Positions 48,207 to 60,592 of a DNA stretch of 64,000 nt are shown here, piece by piece. Within the stretch, counting starts at the first letter, position 1. The number at the start of each line of letters is the position of its first letter. This stretch comes from Octopus bimaculoides. Taxonomy: Eukaryota. A model generated the notes under the pieces. The model was not told where the DNA came from. It searched no databases and saw only the letters and a program-made list of their open reading frames with translations. The stretch spans positions 5,592,585 through 5,656,584 of the forward strand of contig NC_068982.1 in the NCBI RefSeq assembly GCF_001194135.2. Direction: 5' to 3'. The position numbers were made by a program, and so were the translations under genes.

Positions 48207-48422
48207 CTATAGAAATTATAGCCAGCACTGATTCTTTTTGCTACAATGTTTCGTATCGAGACGTCAGATGTAAACAAAGAATGGGAACAACGATCCCCAC
48301 GAAATATGGCATATTCACTCATTACCCATTTTTGTCTCTGATCTCATTGTGTGTTTACATCTGATGTCTCGATACGAAACATTGTAGAAAAAAAACAAAA
48401 TTGCTGGTTATAATTTCTGCAG
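48207..48422. mobile_element. Foldback or MITE-like palindromic element
   Basis: 35-bp inner arms (48241-48275 and 48353-48387) with 1 mismatch, plus 21-bp outer arms with 3 mismatches. Confidence 0.75.
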
Positions 48423-49507
48423 AAATAACCCTAACAAAATAATTTACATTCTGAGTTGATACTCCTCTTCACCTTTCATTTTTCGGGGTCGATAGAATGC
48501 GTACCACTTGAGCACTGGGGTCGATGTCATCGACTTAACCGCCTCCACTCCCCCGAAACTGCCGGCCTTGTGCCAAAATTTGAAACCAGTATTATAGTAG
48601 AATAGTGTAAGAGTTAATTTGCAACACTTCAACACGATTGCTTTTTGTTTGGAAAAGTTAGAATATTAAGAACAGTACAAGCCGAGACATAGAAATCAGA
48701 AATTCTTGACTGACTGGCTATAAATGCCAACCACTTGATCTTCACTTGACATAAAAAAATATTTTAAAAAGGCTGTGGCTGTCCTGTTGTTCAACTCAAG
48801 TTGTTATCACACCCATAAGCTACTTCATAAATGCTTCATGTTTTTTTGTGTCAATATCTGATAACATTATTAGTGCGTGAGAATACTGGTGTGTGTTGGT
48901 GTTGGCGGCAGTGGCGGAGACAGCGGCGGTGGCAACGGTGGTGGTGGTGTTGGTGATGATGCTGGTGATGATGCTGGTGGTGGTGGTAGTGGTGGTGGTG
49001 GTGGTGGCAGTAGTGTTTCTACTGCTGTTGCTGGTGGATGTAGATTGGGTGGCAGTGATGGTAGCTATGGAAGAATATGTGTTCGTGGTTTTTCGGTTGG
49101 TGGTGGAGATGAGGACTTTTTTTGTGGTGGGAGGATGTAGCGACTATTTGGTGCTCCTTTCGATTCCCATTCTAAGTATCATTCACTTTTCTCAACTCAC
49201 TTCTCTTCAGCCCTTCATAAGAAGGAATTATTATGTCTATCATTCTTAGGGAATTCCACCCAATCAGAACGTGGCCTCTTCTACCCTCTTCCCTTTTAAA
49301 CTCCTTTTTCTCTTCCGCTTTTGTCTTATCCTCTCCTCATCCCCTCCTCCTCCTCCCTCATCCACCACCTCGTCCTCGTCCCCCTCCCCTCCCCGGCCCT
49401 TCATCATTCCCTCCCCTCTTCTCTTTCCTCTCTTTCTCTTCACTTCCCTCTTCTCCTCCTCTCTTCGTCGTCCTCCCACTCCTCATCATCACCGTCGTCG
49501 TCATCAT

Positions 49508-49538
<31 letters not shown>

Positions 49539-50121
49539 AGCAGCAACAGAAGCATTGACAATGGAAATAACAGAAATGGTACGGGCGCCAAACTAAATAA
49601 TGCCTTGCAGCATATTTCGGTCAACCTTATTTTTGCGTTCCGTATTCAATTCCCACAAACGTTTGCTTTGCTTTCCTTGGCCCCAGATTTGGTAAATGAA
49701 TACCAGTAATATACTGTCCCTATTCAAAAGACTACACTCTTCCCTTTTGTCCCATATTAAAAACCTCATCATCTTCCTCCTCCTCTTCCCCCTGCTCCTC
49801 TTCATCCCTTGCTCCTTCTCCCCCTGCTCTCCTCTTCCTGCTGCCCCTCCTCCTGAGTCTCCTGCTCTCCTCTTCCTGCTCTCCTCTTCCTGCTCTCTTC
49901 CTCCACCTGCTCTCTTCCTTCTCCTGCTCTCCTGCTCTCCTGCTCTCCTCCTCCTACTGCTCCCCNNNNNNNNNNNNNNNNNNNNNNNNNNNNNNNNNNN
50001 NNNNNNNNNNNNNNNNNNNNNNNNNNNNNNNNNNNNNNNNNNNNNNNNNNNNNNNNNNNNNNNNNNNNNNNNNNNNNNNNNNNNNNNNNNNNNNNNNNNN
50101 NNNNNNNNNNNNNNNNNNNNN

Positions 50122-50160
<39 letters not shown>

Positions 50161-50163
<3 letters not shown>

Positions 50164-50490
50164 TAATTCGTTTTATTGGCCACAAGGGCTAATATCAATT
50201 AAAAACATATAAGGACAAAGACAGGACGAAGGTTACAAAAGGTTTTGTCCGAAAAGGTAGGAAAGTTCGTCTAAACAGAGGAAGAAAACGGAGAAAGATA
50301 TAATGAATAAATAGATAAATAAATAAGTAGAAACCCCCGAAGGGGGAGGCGCTTCGAAAAAGGAAAGGTTACACGTGGAAAAACCCATAAAACCACGGGA
50401 GCCTGGTCAGAAAAAAATAAGAAAGGGGTATAGAGCCCTTTCTCCAACAACAACGACACCGTCGACAACAACAACAATAATCGAACTGCA
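50161..50490 (-). mobile_element. Non-LTR retrotransposon 3' UTR (L1/Tx1-like, inferred) ending in an (ATT)n tail
   Basis: The reverse complement ends ctttgtccttatatgtttt...tagcccttgtggccaataaaacgaatt(att)n. Confidence 0.55.
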
Positions 50491-50493
50491 AAG

Positions 50494-50751
50494 GTCGTGC
50501 TTATAATAATTGTTGCGTTGGGGACAATGAGCGAAGTTATAGAGAAATGGCTGAAGGAGACTGAAATAGAATGCCAGGTTAGAGTTCTTACAGAAAGTTT
50601 GTTTCTTAGAGATAACAAGGATTATCAGGAGGGTTCTAAGTACTTGAAAAGCAGCAGAAAACTTGTGGATGCCTAAGGTTACTAGTAATAACCCGCTACC
50701 CTCATAATTCCTACCAGGAATAAGACCGAGCCGAGCAAAAATAATAATAAT
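50494..50751 (+). mobile_element. R4/Dong-type LINE 3' end (restriction-like endonuclease C-terminus plus 3' UTR)
   Basis: Plus frame VVLIIIVALGTMSEVIEKWLKETEIE resembles the IVIGALG RLE motif. Ends in (AAT)n. Confidence 0.65.
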
Positions 50752-50754
50752 GGT

Positions 50755-50960
50755 TTCAAATTTTGGCACAAGGCCGGCAATTTCGGAGGAGAGACTAAAT
50801 CGATTACATCGATTCCAGAACTCAACTGGTTTTTATTTTACAGACTCCGAAAGGATGAAAGGTAAAGTCGACCTCGGTGGAATTTGAACTCAGAACGTAA
50901 AGGACAGACGTAACGCCGCTAAGCATTTTATCCGAGGTCCAATTCCTGCCAACTTGCCGC
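50755..50960 (-). mobile_element. SINE family B
   Basis: ...gtcgacctcggtggaatttgaactcagaacg... Confidence 0.85.
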
Positions 50961-51713
50961 GGTAAATGATATTAGAAATATATTGCCCTTTGCAGGTGGT
51001 CAAGGTAGCTTATTCTAGAATGCGTTCGGTCTGGAAATATAAAACTCTGCGGTTCGGTCCTTAGTTTGAGCAGGTCTCAGTACTTTCACCAATCGAAATC
51101 TTATCGAAACTGTTGTTTCACTGAGTTAGGAGAAGTGATAAAAGAGATTTCGGTCACGTGTTTCCATATCATCATTATAAGGTTTCACTTAGAATTCAAG
51201 AATTCTGGTAATAAAGGCTTCAGTGTGAATTATGATGAGAGGGGCGAAAGAATAGATGTAAATGCATCCAGTGTGAGTCATTATTTAAATCAAAAGCTCT
51301 CAAACAGGGCCCACATGACAACTGGGAGTCCACATAAGATTTTAGCGGGGGCCACACAAACAAAGCAGTAAATTGGATGGGGTGGGGTCCATGGTAGTAT
51401 TTTAGGGGTTAATGAAAAAATTTTGCTTTAGATGTATTTATTTTGAGAAATTAGGTTACATAAATTAATATGTTTCGGCCATTGTAACATACGCACATGC
51501 CTCTCTGTACCACGGACTAAAAGCGGGGAACATCGGTCGTCCGATGAAGCCGATTGTCCGTAGGTACCAACACTAAGGTTAGGTTACGTTAGGAGTGGTT
51601 AATATCAACAAGTACATTACGAAAGACAAAGGAATAAATAGAGTACTGTACTTTTAATCAAGCACACTATCCAATCTGACAGTGTAAAATACCTGTACAC
51701 TGTAAATTACTAC

Positions 51714-52160
51714 GGCACTCTGTCGGTTACGACGTCGAGGGTTCCAGTTGATCCAATCAACGGAACAGCCTGCTCGTGAAATTAACGTGCAAGTGGCTGA
51801 GCACTCCACAGACACGTGTNNNNNNNNNNAATTAACGTGCAAGTGGCTGAGCACTCCACAGACACGTGTACCCTTGACGTAATTCTCGGGGATATTCAGC
51901 GTGACACAGAGTGTTACAAGGCTGGCCCTTTGAAATACAGGCACAACAGAAACAGCAAGAAAGTATGAGAGAAAGTTGTGGTGAAAGAACACAGCTGCTG
52001 TACTCTTTCACCACAACTTGCGCCACCACTCCCTGCCAGGGCCTCGTGGAGCTTTCAGTGTTTTCGCTCAATAAACATTCACAACACCCGGTCTGGGAAT
52101 CGAAACCGCGATCCTATGACCGCGAGTCCGCTGCCCTAACCACTGGGTCATTGCATCTCC
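51714..52160 (-). mobile_element. SINE family C with an internal insert and a gap-associated duplication
   Basis: Tail at 51714 and head at about 52095-52160. Confidence 0.8.
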
Positions 52161-52504
52161 ATACACTATATAAATACATACGGTAATTTCAACATTTTAA
52201 ATTTAAAATCAGACTTACCATGGATGGCGAAGAGGTGTTGTTGACATGCAGTGATTTTGTCCGCTGCTTCCGAAATCCGTTAAAGGGAAGATCCGTAGAT
52301 CCGAGGTATGAGTGTATTCTCTTAGAGAATGCAATTGCAAACCTACGCAATGGGTGAAAAACAAAATAGGAATCTTGAAAGAAGTATCTAGAGAACTAGT
52401 TTTTAAACATCAAATGGCTATGGGCACACACAAGAATAAAACAGTAATCAAAGGAGTCTACAACTAAACAAATATAAAAATGGTTAAAAGCCACGGATTT
52501 CAAT

Positions 52505-53146
52505 GGCAGGGCTTATAGTTCGCCGGGCGAAATGCTGAGCAGTATTTCGTCTGTCTTTACGTTCTGAGTTCAAATTCCGCCGAGGTCCACTTTGCCTTTC
52601 ATTCTTTCGGGTTTGATAAATTAAGCACCAGTTGCCTACTGGCGTCGATCTAATCGACTTTTCCCCTCCCCCCAAATTTCGGGTCTTGTGCCTAGAGTAG
52701 AAAAGAATATACATGTATATTAAGACGGTGAGCTGGCAGAAACGTTAGCACGCTGGGCGAAGCGGTATTTCGTCTGCCGGTACGTTCTGAGTTCAAATTC
52801 CGCCGAGGTCGACTTTGCTTTCATCCTTTCGGGGTCTATAAATTAAGTACCAGTTACGCACTGGGGTCCATCTAATTGACTTAATGCCTTTGTCTGTTCT
52901 TCTTTGTCTCCCTCTATGTTTAGCCCCTTGTGGGCAATAAAGAAACAAGAAACGTTAGCACGCCGGGCGAAATGCTTAGAGGTATTTCGTCTGTCTTTAC
53001 GTTCTGAGTTCAAATTTCGCCGAGGTCGACTTTGCCTTTCATCCTTTCGGTGTCGATAAATTAAGCACCAATTGCGTATTGGGGTTGATCTAATCGACCC
53101 CCCCCCACCAAATTTCGGGCCTTGAGCGTAGAGAAGAAAAGAAAAG
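52505..53146 (+). mobile_element. Three tandem SINE-B copies; the middle copy carries an alternative LINE-like tail
   Basis: Copies at about 52505-52709, 52724-52950 and 52949-53146. Confidence 0.88.
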
Positions 53147-53526
53147 AATATGTAAATTGGTCTGTCCAGAAGTGTTACACCGTTAAACTTGTTGGCTATT
53201 TCAATAATGTGTTCGTCGCTGGTTGACAGGTTGGATGTGACGTCGAAGAAGGTGTATTAACTCTTGAAATATGCATATACACCTGTTATTTGATTTTCTA
53301 TCATCACTCGCATTGTTTATACAGACGTGTTCGTATAAGAAACGTCGTAACTTTCAGTGCTGACTTTAAATTCTTTGGAATATCTAAGGAGATAATTCAA
53401 AGTATATAGATATGAGTATACACGGTGAGAAGTAAACACTATGCAGTGACTCTTTTTATTGCTGGGAAATGTAAAAAGCGTTTTATAATAAAACATTTTA
53501 TACCCAAGCATTAACTACCCCCTCCC

Positions 53527-53577
<51 letters not shown>

Positions 53578-53639
53578 CTTGTCTCTCTCTCTCTATCTCT
53601 CTCTCTCTATCTCTCTCTATTTCTATCTATCTCTTTACT

Positions 53640-53678
<39 letters not shown>

Positions 53679-55230
53679 ATCTATCTACCTATCTATCTAT
53701 CTATCTATCTACCTATCTATCTATCTATCTATCTCTATATATATATATCGACACACATACATACATGTATATACTTATATACAAACACACACACACATAT
53801 ATATTCTTTTATTCTTTTACTTATACACACACACACACACACGCATGCAAACCCATATTTGTACATGTTTCTACGTATTTGTATATTGTTCTGCATTATT
53901 GTTATTCGGATTTTGTATATTGTAGTTACATACACCCAAAATATGCCAAATATTTAATTGTTTTGAAATGCTTCGCTCTCTGTTGCAGTTTCGCTTCAAT
54001 AAATGAATAAACAAATAGTCATCATTATTGTTGTTGTCATTGTTGCTGTTGATAATGAATTTATTTTTATTGTGTTCACGTTTTTTTTTTTATTCACCAA
54101 CGTTGATGTGTCACCACTTTGCCTGTCTAATAAAGTGGTTATAACCAACGATCTAATGTCTGAAGATTAACTGTGACATTTTTTTTTCCTAAAGAAAATA
54201 TTTTAACTATACAAACTGACACTCTTCTGGAATACTCTATGCTTCTTCTTTGTTTCTGTTCTCTATTATTTCGTCATTTAGTGGTAAGAACTGAACGGCA
54301 GAAGGCCTTCACAGAAGGATCCCCAGTCAGGCAAGTGTCTCGGCCCTTAACTTCTTACACTGCAATTGGGGCCGGGCTGCATTCAGGTCATGACTCCTGG
54401 ATGTCCTTCTGCTGACGTATTCTAGCCACTTGCATATCGGAGACTTGTGCACTTAAACTCCTTAGAGATTTCATTTAGTCGGAACTCCACTTTGTTGGTT
54501 CAGTTTGCAAACTTATACTTAAAGACAGTATGGAGGTCGTTATTTTTGTTAAAGTTATGTTTGGTAGTTTGGCCTATTGGCATAAGAGTAAATATCACAA
54601 AGCATTTAGTTCTAGCCTCTTCTTGTTGTTAAGTTTCAGACTCCGGAATAAGATAAGGTCAACCATAACTGTTTGTCGGCTCTATGATCTTGAGACCGAA
54701 AACTGGAATAACATCTCAATATCTTCAAATCCATAAAACAATTTGAGCTCAGCACTGCAAACTAACATATTCCTATTCCTGAAAGTGGTTAGAGGAGTCA
54801 AATGTGAGCAGCTAGTTACAAGTAGGAGTGAACCTGTATGTGCTCCGGTCTTGACTTGTGCACAGAGGTACGGGTGTTGGAATGGGGACCGACAAGCCTT
54901 TGAATAGTAATCCATCGCTACCGTCTAGACCAGTGGTGGTTCTACTCAATGAGAATTCACATAACACAAACATAAAATAATTCTCCCTACAACAGGCACA
55001 AGGCCTGAAATTTTAGAAGAGAGGGTTTATCGATTATATCGATCCCAGTGCTCAACTAGTACTTATATCATCGACACTGAAATTATGAAAGGCAAATTCG
55101 GCCACAGTGAGATTTGAAAACACAAAGGGGATCCGTTGAATAGAACAACTAGTCATTGAACGATAACCGGAATATTATAAGAAGGACCTGTCTCTCGTGT
55201 TAGTTCCCAATGTCTGCTTTTCCGGTGTCT

Positions 55231-55270
55231 GTTGCTGAAGAAGAGCTAATCACTCTGAAATGCATGCAAC
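55231..55270 (+). ncRNA. Degenerate hammerhead ribozyme motif, probably inactive
   Basis: gttg-CTGAAGA-AGAG-ctaatca-CTCT-GAAA-TGCA-T-G-caac. Position 17 is G, which breaks the NUH rule. Confidence 0.45.
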
Positions 55271-56930
55271 CAACAGTCTGGTTAGCGAACGCTGTGGATT
55301 GATTCGGTGTACTTATATCTATTTGCCTACCGCGAGAAAGTTTCTTCGCGACAAAATACTGTGAATGACTTTATTACGATTTCGAATATACCTCAATCAT
55401 ATTTGGACTGGTAACAAGTTCGTAAATAGAGACTAGCAAGTTGCTAACTTCCAATAGTTTTCTTATCATATTAATGTTTCCGAAGGCCGTTACATACAAT
55501 AACTTTATTTATTCAAAATGTCATGTTCATAATAATTGCCCCTTTGACGACATAAGACATCTTAAACATTTATAGTCAGCAATCCACAAACATGGAAGCA
55601 AGTATTATAAATATTTTACAAACCATCCAGACAATTATCAGCGACTGTTGATATTCCGTCAGCTCTTTAATGGCATCTTGCCTGCCGTTCCATAACAGCT
55701 TTAGAAAGTACCTACACATCCTCGAACAATGCTCTCTGAAGCTTTCAGCTGGCAGAGTCATTAGGAAGTTGGACAGAGCTGGCTCTTTGAGTTCAAATCT
55801 TATCGGAATCAACTTTACTTTTCATTACATTTAAGATGAAGTCACCTGTGTTCGAAGCTGAAAAATGATAGACTCTGCCGGGTTTAAAATGTTATAAAAG
55901 CGCCATATGTCACTACAGAGCCTTGAGACTGTATTAGAAATTGAGGGCTATAGGAAGAGAATATTCTTCTGTAAGAATACTCACAGTTTCCACCCTACAG
56001 CAAAAGTATATCAGGTTCAAGACGCTAGTTAGCTGCAAAATAGATATCATATATATGGAGATAGCTGGATGGTTGGAAAGATAGATAAAGATGTGTATCT
56101 AGATATACGTTGAGATAAAATGAAAAACAATTGAAACACTATTTCAGTATGAAAACATTCATTCAGTGAAAGATCTCCACTTCAAATCAACTTCTCTAAG
56201 TACCAAGTTAACAACTGTAATCTCTCAATCATAGTAATTAATCCCACTAGCGTCTTTTTTTAAACTCGTTTCTACTTAAACAACAATTGTAAATGAATCT
56301 CTTAGAGTTATCTTCAGTGTTAATCTATTTTTGTTTTGCTTTTGTTTTCGCTCTTGTCAGATGTTTGAAACGGTTGACATATCTCACTTTATTATATCCA
56401 GTATAAAAGAGAAAATAACTTTGATTTAAGACCGACTACAGTTAGATGAGGTCCTGTGGGTATTATTATACGCATTGCCAGTAATGCGGCACAGTAAATT
56501 CTAAAACTTGTTTTTCGTAGACGCGACAGTGATATAAATAATAAATAAATACTGAATGTTGTTTTTTGTTGAGTATCTTTGCTCTTTTATTTTTTGTATT
56601 TTCCTGTTTTAACTTCAGACTGTTATCATATTGTTAGGAGGACCCTAAGGACAATTTTACCCGTCTAACTGGAGCATTTTAAAATCATGCACACATGTGT
56701 ATGGCGCTCATATATACGTATAATTTCTTTAAGATTAAAACCACCACATGATTATAACTGAACAGTAGCGCGGCACCATCTCCACCACCATAACTAATAT
56801 TATCACAACCACAACATGATTATCCGACTTCGTACGTTTTTAGATGATTGAATCATATCAAACAAAATGGCTGTCTTGCCTTACTACGGTTTTACAAATC
56901 GCTTCCTTTATCAGTAGTATTCGCTTAAAG

Positions 56931-57187
56931 CAGAAGTTCTCAACCGGCATCCCTATGGCCCTCGGGGGTCAAAATATAAGATTTTGTTGCCAAAGTTTAT
57001 GTGCAATAAATCGGTTAGACTTCTTCAATACACAGAATATTCAAACAATATTGTTTATAGAAATCCTTATAATATTTAATTACAAAAATACAATAGGGTC
57101 TTTTAAATATCGAATGGTTATGAGGGTCCAGTAAAGTAAACTAGTAACCAAAGGGGTCCATTAGCTAAAAATGGTTGAGAATCACTG
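56931..57187. mobile_element. hAT MITE
   Basis: TIRs CAGAAGTTCTCAACC and GGTTGAGAATCACTG. Imperfect TSD gcttaaag/gtctaaag. Confidence 0.75.
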
Positions 57188-57428
57188 GTCTAAAGCTTCC
57201 CGAAAATGCCAACATACAAATCGATGGATAATTGAATAGTCAAAAGATAACTAAGCAATCCCATCATGAAAGGGAGATGAAACAAGTATCTGAGTAAAAT
57301 AAGTCCCGGGGTTGATATGAGGGACTAAAGGCCCTTGAAAAAATGCACTAGCATTATCCAATGCCCGCAAACAGTAAAAAAATAAAAAGATGTTTGATCG
57401 ATCAGGGCTGGGCTGGAGGTTAACATTA

Positions 57429-57488
<60 letters not shown>

Positions 57489-57871
57489 GCCACTACTACC
57501 ACCACCGCTACCACCACCACCACCACCACGACCCTGATAAAACGAAACTATGATCAAAAGCTTTCGAGTTATGACCATCCAGTCGATTTTGTATACCAGG
57601 ACTTACTGTTGTCCAACACGTCTTTCCTATTTCTTAAGACGGTAGGTGGAAGGATATTTGGCTGCTATTTCTAGCTGAGGGTATGACCACGTAGAAGCTC
57701 CATCCATGGATCCTTCTCTGATGAACGATGTAAAAACTTTTGTTATCATATGAACAAGGTCATATCACTCGTTTCTGGGAATTTAACGAACGCAGAAGGA
57801 AAAGAGGCAGATTTGATCCTGGTCGTATTCGAAATCAAATCGTAACTGAGAACACAGAGCAATCTCTCGCG

Positions 57872-57920
<49 letters not shown>

Positions 57921-58736
57921 NNNNNNNNNNNNNNNNNNNNNNNNNNNNNNNNNNNNNNNNNNNNNNNNNNNNNNNNNNNNNNNNNNNNNNNNNNNNNNNN
58001 NNNNNNNNNNNNNNNNNNNNNNNNNNNNNNNNNNNNNNNNNNNNNNNNNNNNNNNNNNNNNNNNNNNNNNNNNNNNNNNNNNNNNNNNNNNNNNNNNNNN
58101 NNNNNNNNNNNNNNNNNNNNNNNNNNNNNNNNNNNNNNNNNNNNNNNNNNNNNNNNNNNNNNNNNNNNNNNNNNNNNNNNNNNNNNNNNNNNNNNNNNNN
58201 NNNNNNNNNNNNNNNNNNNNNNNNNNNNNNNNNNNNNNNNNNNNNNNNNNNNNNNNNNNNNNNNNNNNNNNNNNNNNNNNNNNNNNNNNNNNNNNNNNNN
58301 NNNNNNNNNNNNNNNNNNNNNNNNNNNNNNNNNNNNNNNNNNNNNNNNNNNNNNNNNNNNNNNNNNNNNNNNNNNNNNNNNNNNNNNNNNNNNNNNNNNN
58401 NNNNNNNNNNNNNNNNNNNNNNNNNNNNNNNNNNNNNNNNNNNNNNNNNNNNNNNNNNNNNNNNNNNNNNNNNNNNNNNNNNNNNNNNNNNNNNNNNNNN
58501 NNNNNNNNNNNNNNNNNNNNNNNNNNNNNNNNNNNNNNNNNNNNNNNNNNNNNNNNNNNNNNNNNNNNNNNNNNNNNNNNNNNNNNNNNNNNNNNNNNNN
58601 NNNNNNNNNNNNNNNNNNNNNNNNNNNNNNNNNNNNNNNNNNNNNNNNNNNNNNNNNNNNNNNNNNNNNNNNNNNNNNNNNNNNNNNNNNNNNNNNNNNN
58701 NNNNNNNNNNNNNNNNNNNNNNNNNNNNNNNNNNNN

Positions 58737-58784
<48 letters not shown>

Positions 58785-59226
58785 TCATATATATATTATA
58801 TACATATATATTATACATATGTATATGCATACATATACATATCAAAACATTATTCATTCACCATTACACGTGTTTCATTTGCTAATAGAGGTTACAAAAC
58901 TGTGCATGTAATAGAAAACATGTAAGACGTCTGTTTTTAGAAATTCTTCAAACAGAGAATCAATGAAACACGTGTAATGCTGAATAAATAATAGCAAAAA
59001 TGCTCCAATTTACTGTTTTGATATTAATTACTCTGCAGTAAATATTCCCCAGCCTTTTCAACTTATGCCAAACCTCACACAAGAATAACAGCTACATACA
59101 GATTTGGTACACGAGAATAAGCTCCAGAATGTGCTTCAAGAGAAGACAGCTTGCATTTTAACTCTGTCTGTCTATCTGTCTGTCTGTCTATCTATCTGTC
59201 TATCTGCCTGTCTGTCTATCTATCTG

Positions 59227-59278
<52 letters not shown>

Positions 59279-59453
59279 CCTGTCTATCTGTATATCTATC
59301 TATATATACATACATACTTACATACATATTTNNNNNNNNNNTATCTATCTACCTGTCTATCTGTATATCTATCTATATATACATACATACTTACATACAT
59401 ATTTATGCATATACATACACACACGTGTGTGTATGTGTATCTTTATACATATC

Positions 59454-59484
<31 letters not shown>

Positions 59485-59809
59485 CTATATGTATATAAAG
59501 TGTGTGTGTGAATATATATATGTATGTATGTATGTATATATAAATGTATGTTTGTACGTATGCATGCATGTATTTTTTCATGTATTCTCACTTCTATTTC
59601 TAATGTTTCTTGACTTAAAACACCAAAAGACCCCTTTCTCCTCACAACATACACCCTCATCCACATTTACGAGCCACAGAAATATGCTTTATTAAAATCA
59701 AATCGGAAATGTGCTCACATAGCGATATATTTTGTTGGACGTTAATAGGGAGAAGTCGGCTAAACCCCTACCTTTTTACAATAATTACACGCACGCACGC
59801 ACACACCAC

Positions 59810-59875
<66 letters not shown>

Positions 59876-60445
59876 CATGATCGTCCTCGAAAATGCGACC
59901 TAATTATGAGTTCCTTCAGATCTTATATTTTGGCTAATTATTCAGGTCGGCCTTCGCGCTGTGTCAAACCCTATCAACTGATGTGGAAAGAAGATCAAAT
60001 ATGAGCAATATTAGTGCAGTGTAGCGTGAAAAATGTGGACCACTTGACAGTATATATTGTAAAGGCATGGGTAATAAAAGTAGATAGGTGTACTTTCGGA
60101 TTTCAGGCCCTTAAGTACTTGGTTACAGAGGGTTCTAGGTGCGGTTGGTTGTTTATTCGAAAATTAACACAACTCATCGTCCGCTGCGCTAGAAATAGTA
60201 GCCAAACGCTCTTCAAATTACAGCCTTTGCGCACAAGAAGGAAAAGATCCAGCAAAAAGCAAAACAATAAACAAACAAAATAAAACGCTTGGGTTAATTT
60301 TGAACATGGTTCTTCTCGACTGGTGTTCAATAGAGCTGAATAACAACAACATTATTTGTCTAAGTCTACCTTGTACCTTTATCGTGATAATGAACTTTAG
60401 AGATTAGATAGCTCAGAGAAGACATTCGCGTCAAAAATAATAGTT

Positions 60446-60592
60446 GGTACCTTTTGGTTATCTCACCCCCATTAAAAAATTGGGTTATCCCCCCCACCCC
60501 CGATTTATGAAATATGTCGGTACTTTTGGTTATCTCCCCCAACTAAAAAAATTATTTAACCGTCAATAAAACAAACAAAAAAATGGTTTTCG
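60446..60592. mobile_element. MITE family E, truncated
   Basis: ggtaccttttggttatctcacccccattaaaaaattgggttatc. Confidence 0.75.

Noticed and set aside
48877-49709. Gly-, Val-, Pro- or Ser-rich ORFs
   Set aside because: Low-complexity GGT, CCT and CAT repeats with no domain signature.
51780-51869. 40-bp direct repeat flanking a 10-N gap (similar case at about 59271-59403)
   Set aside because: Identical sequence on both sides of a tiny gap indicates unmerged contig overlap, an assembly artefact.
53160-53270. Minus-strand peptide SDEHIIEIANKFNGVTLLDRPIY with a faint RRM-like look
   Set aside because: Short, bounded by stops, with no convincing splice sites. Likely chance or ancient TE debris.
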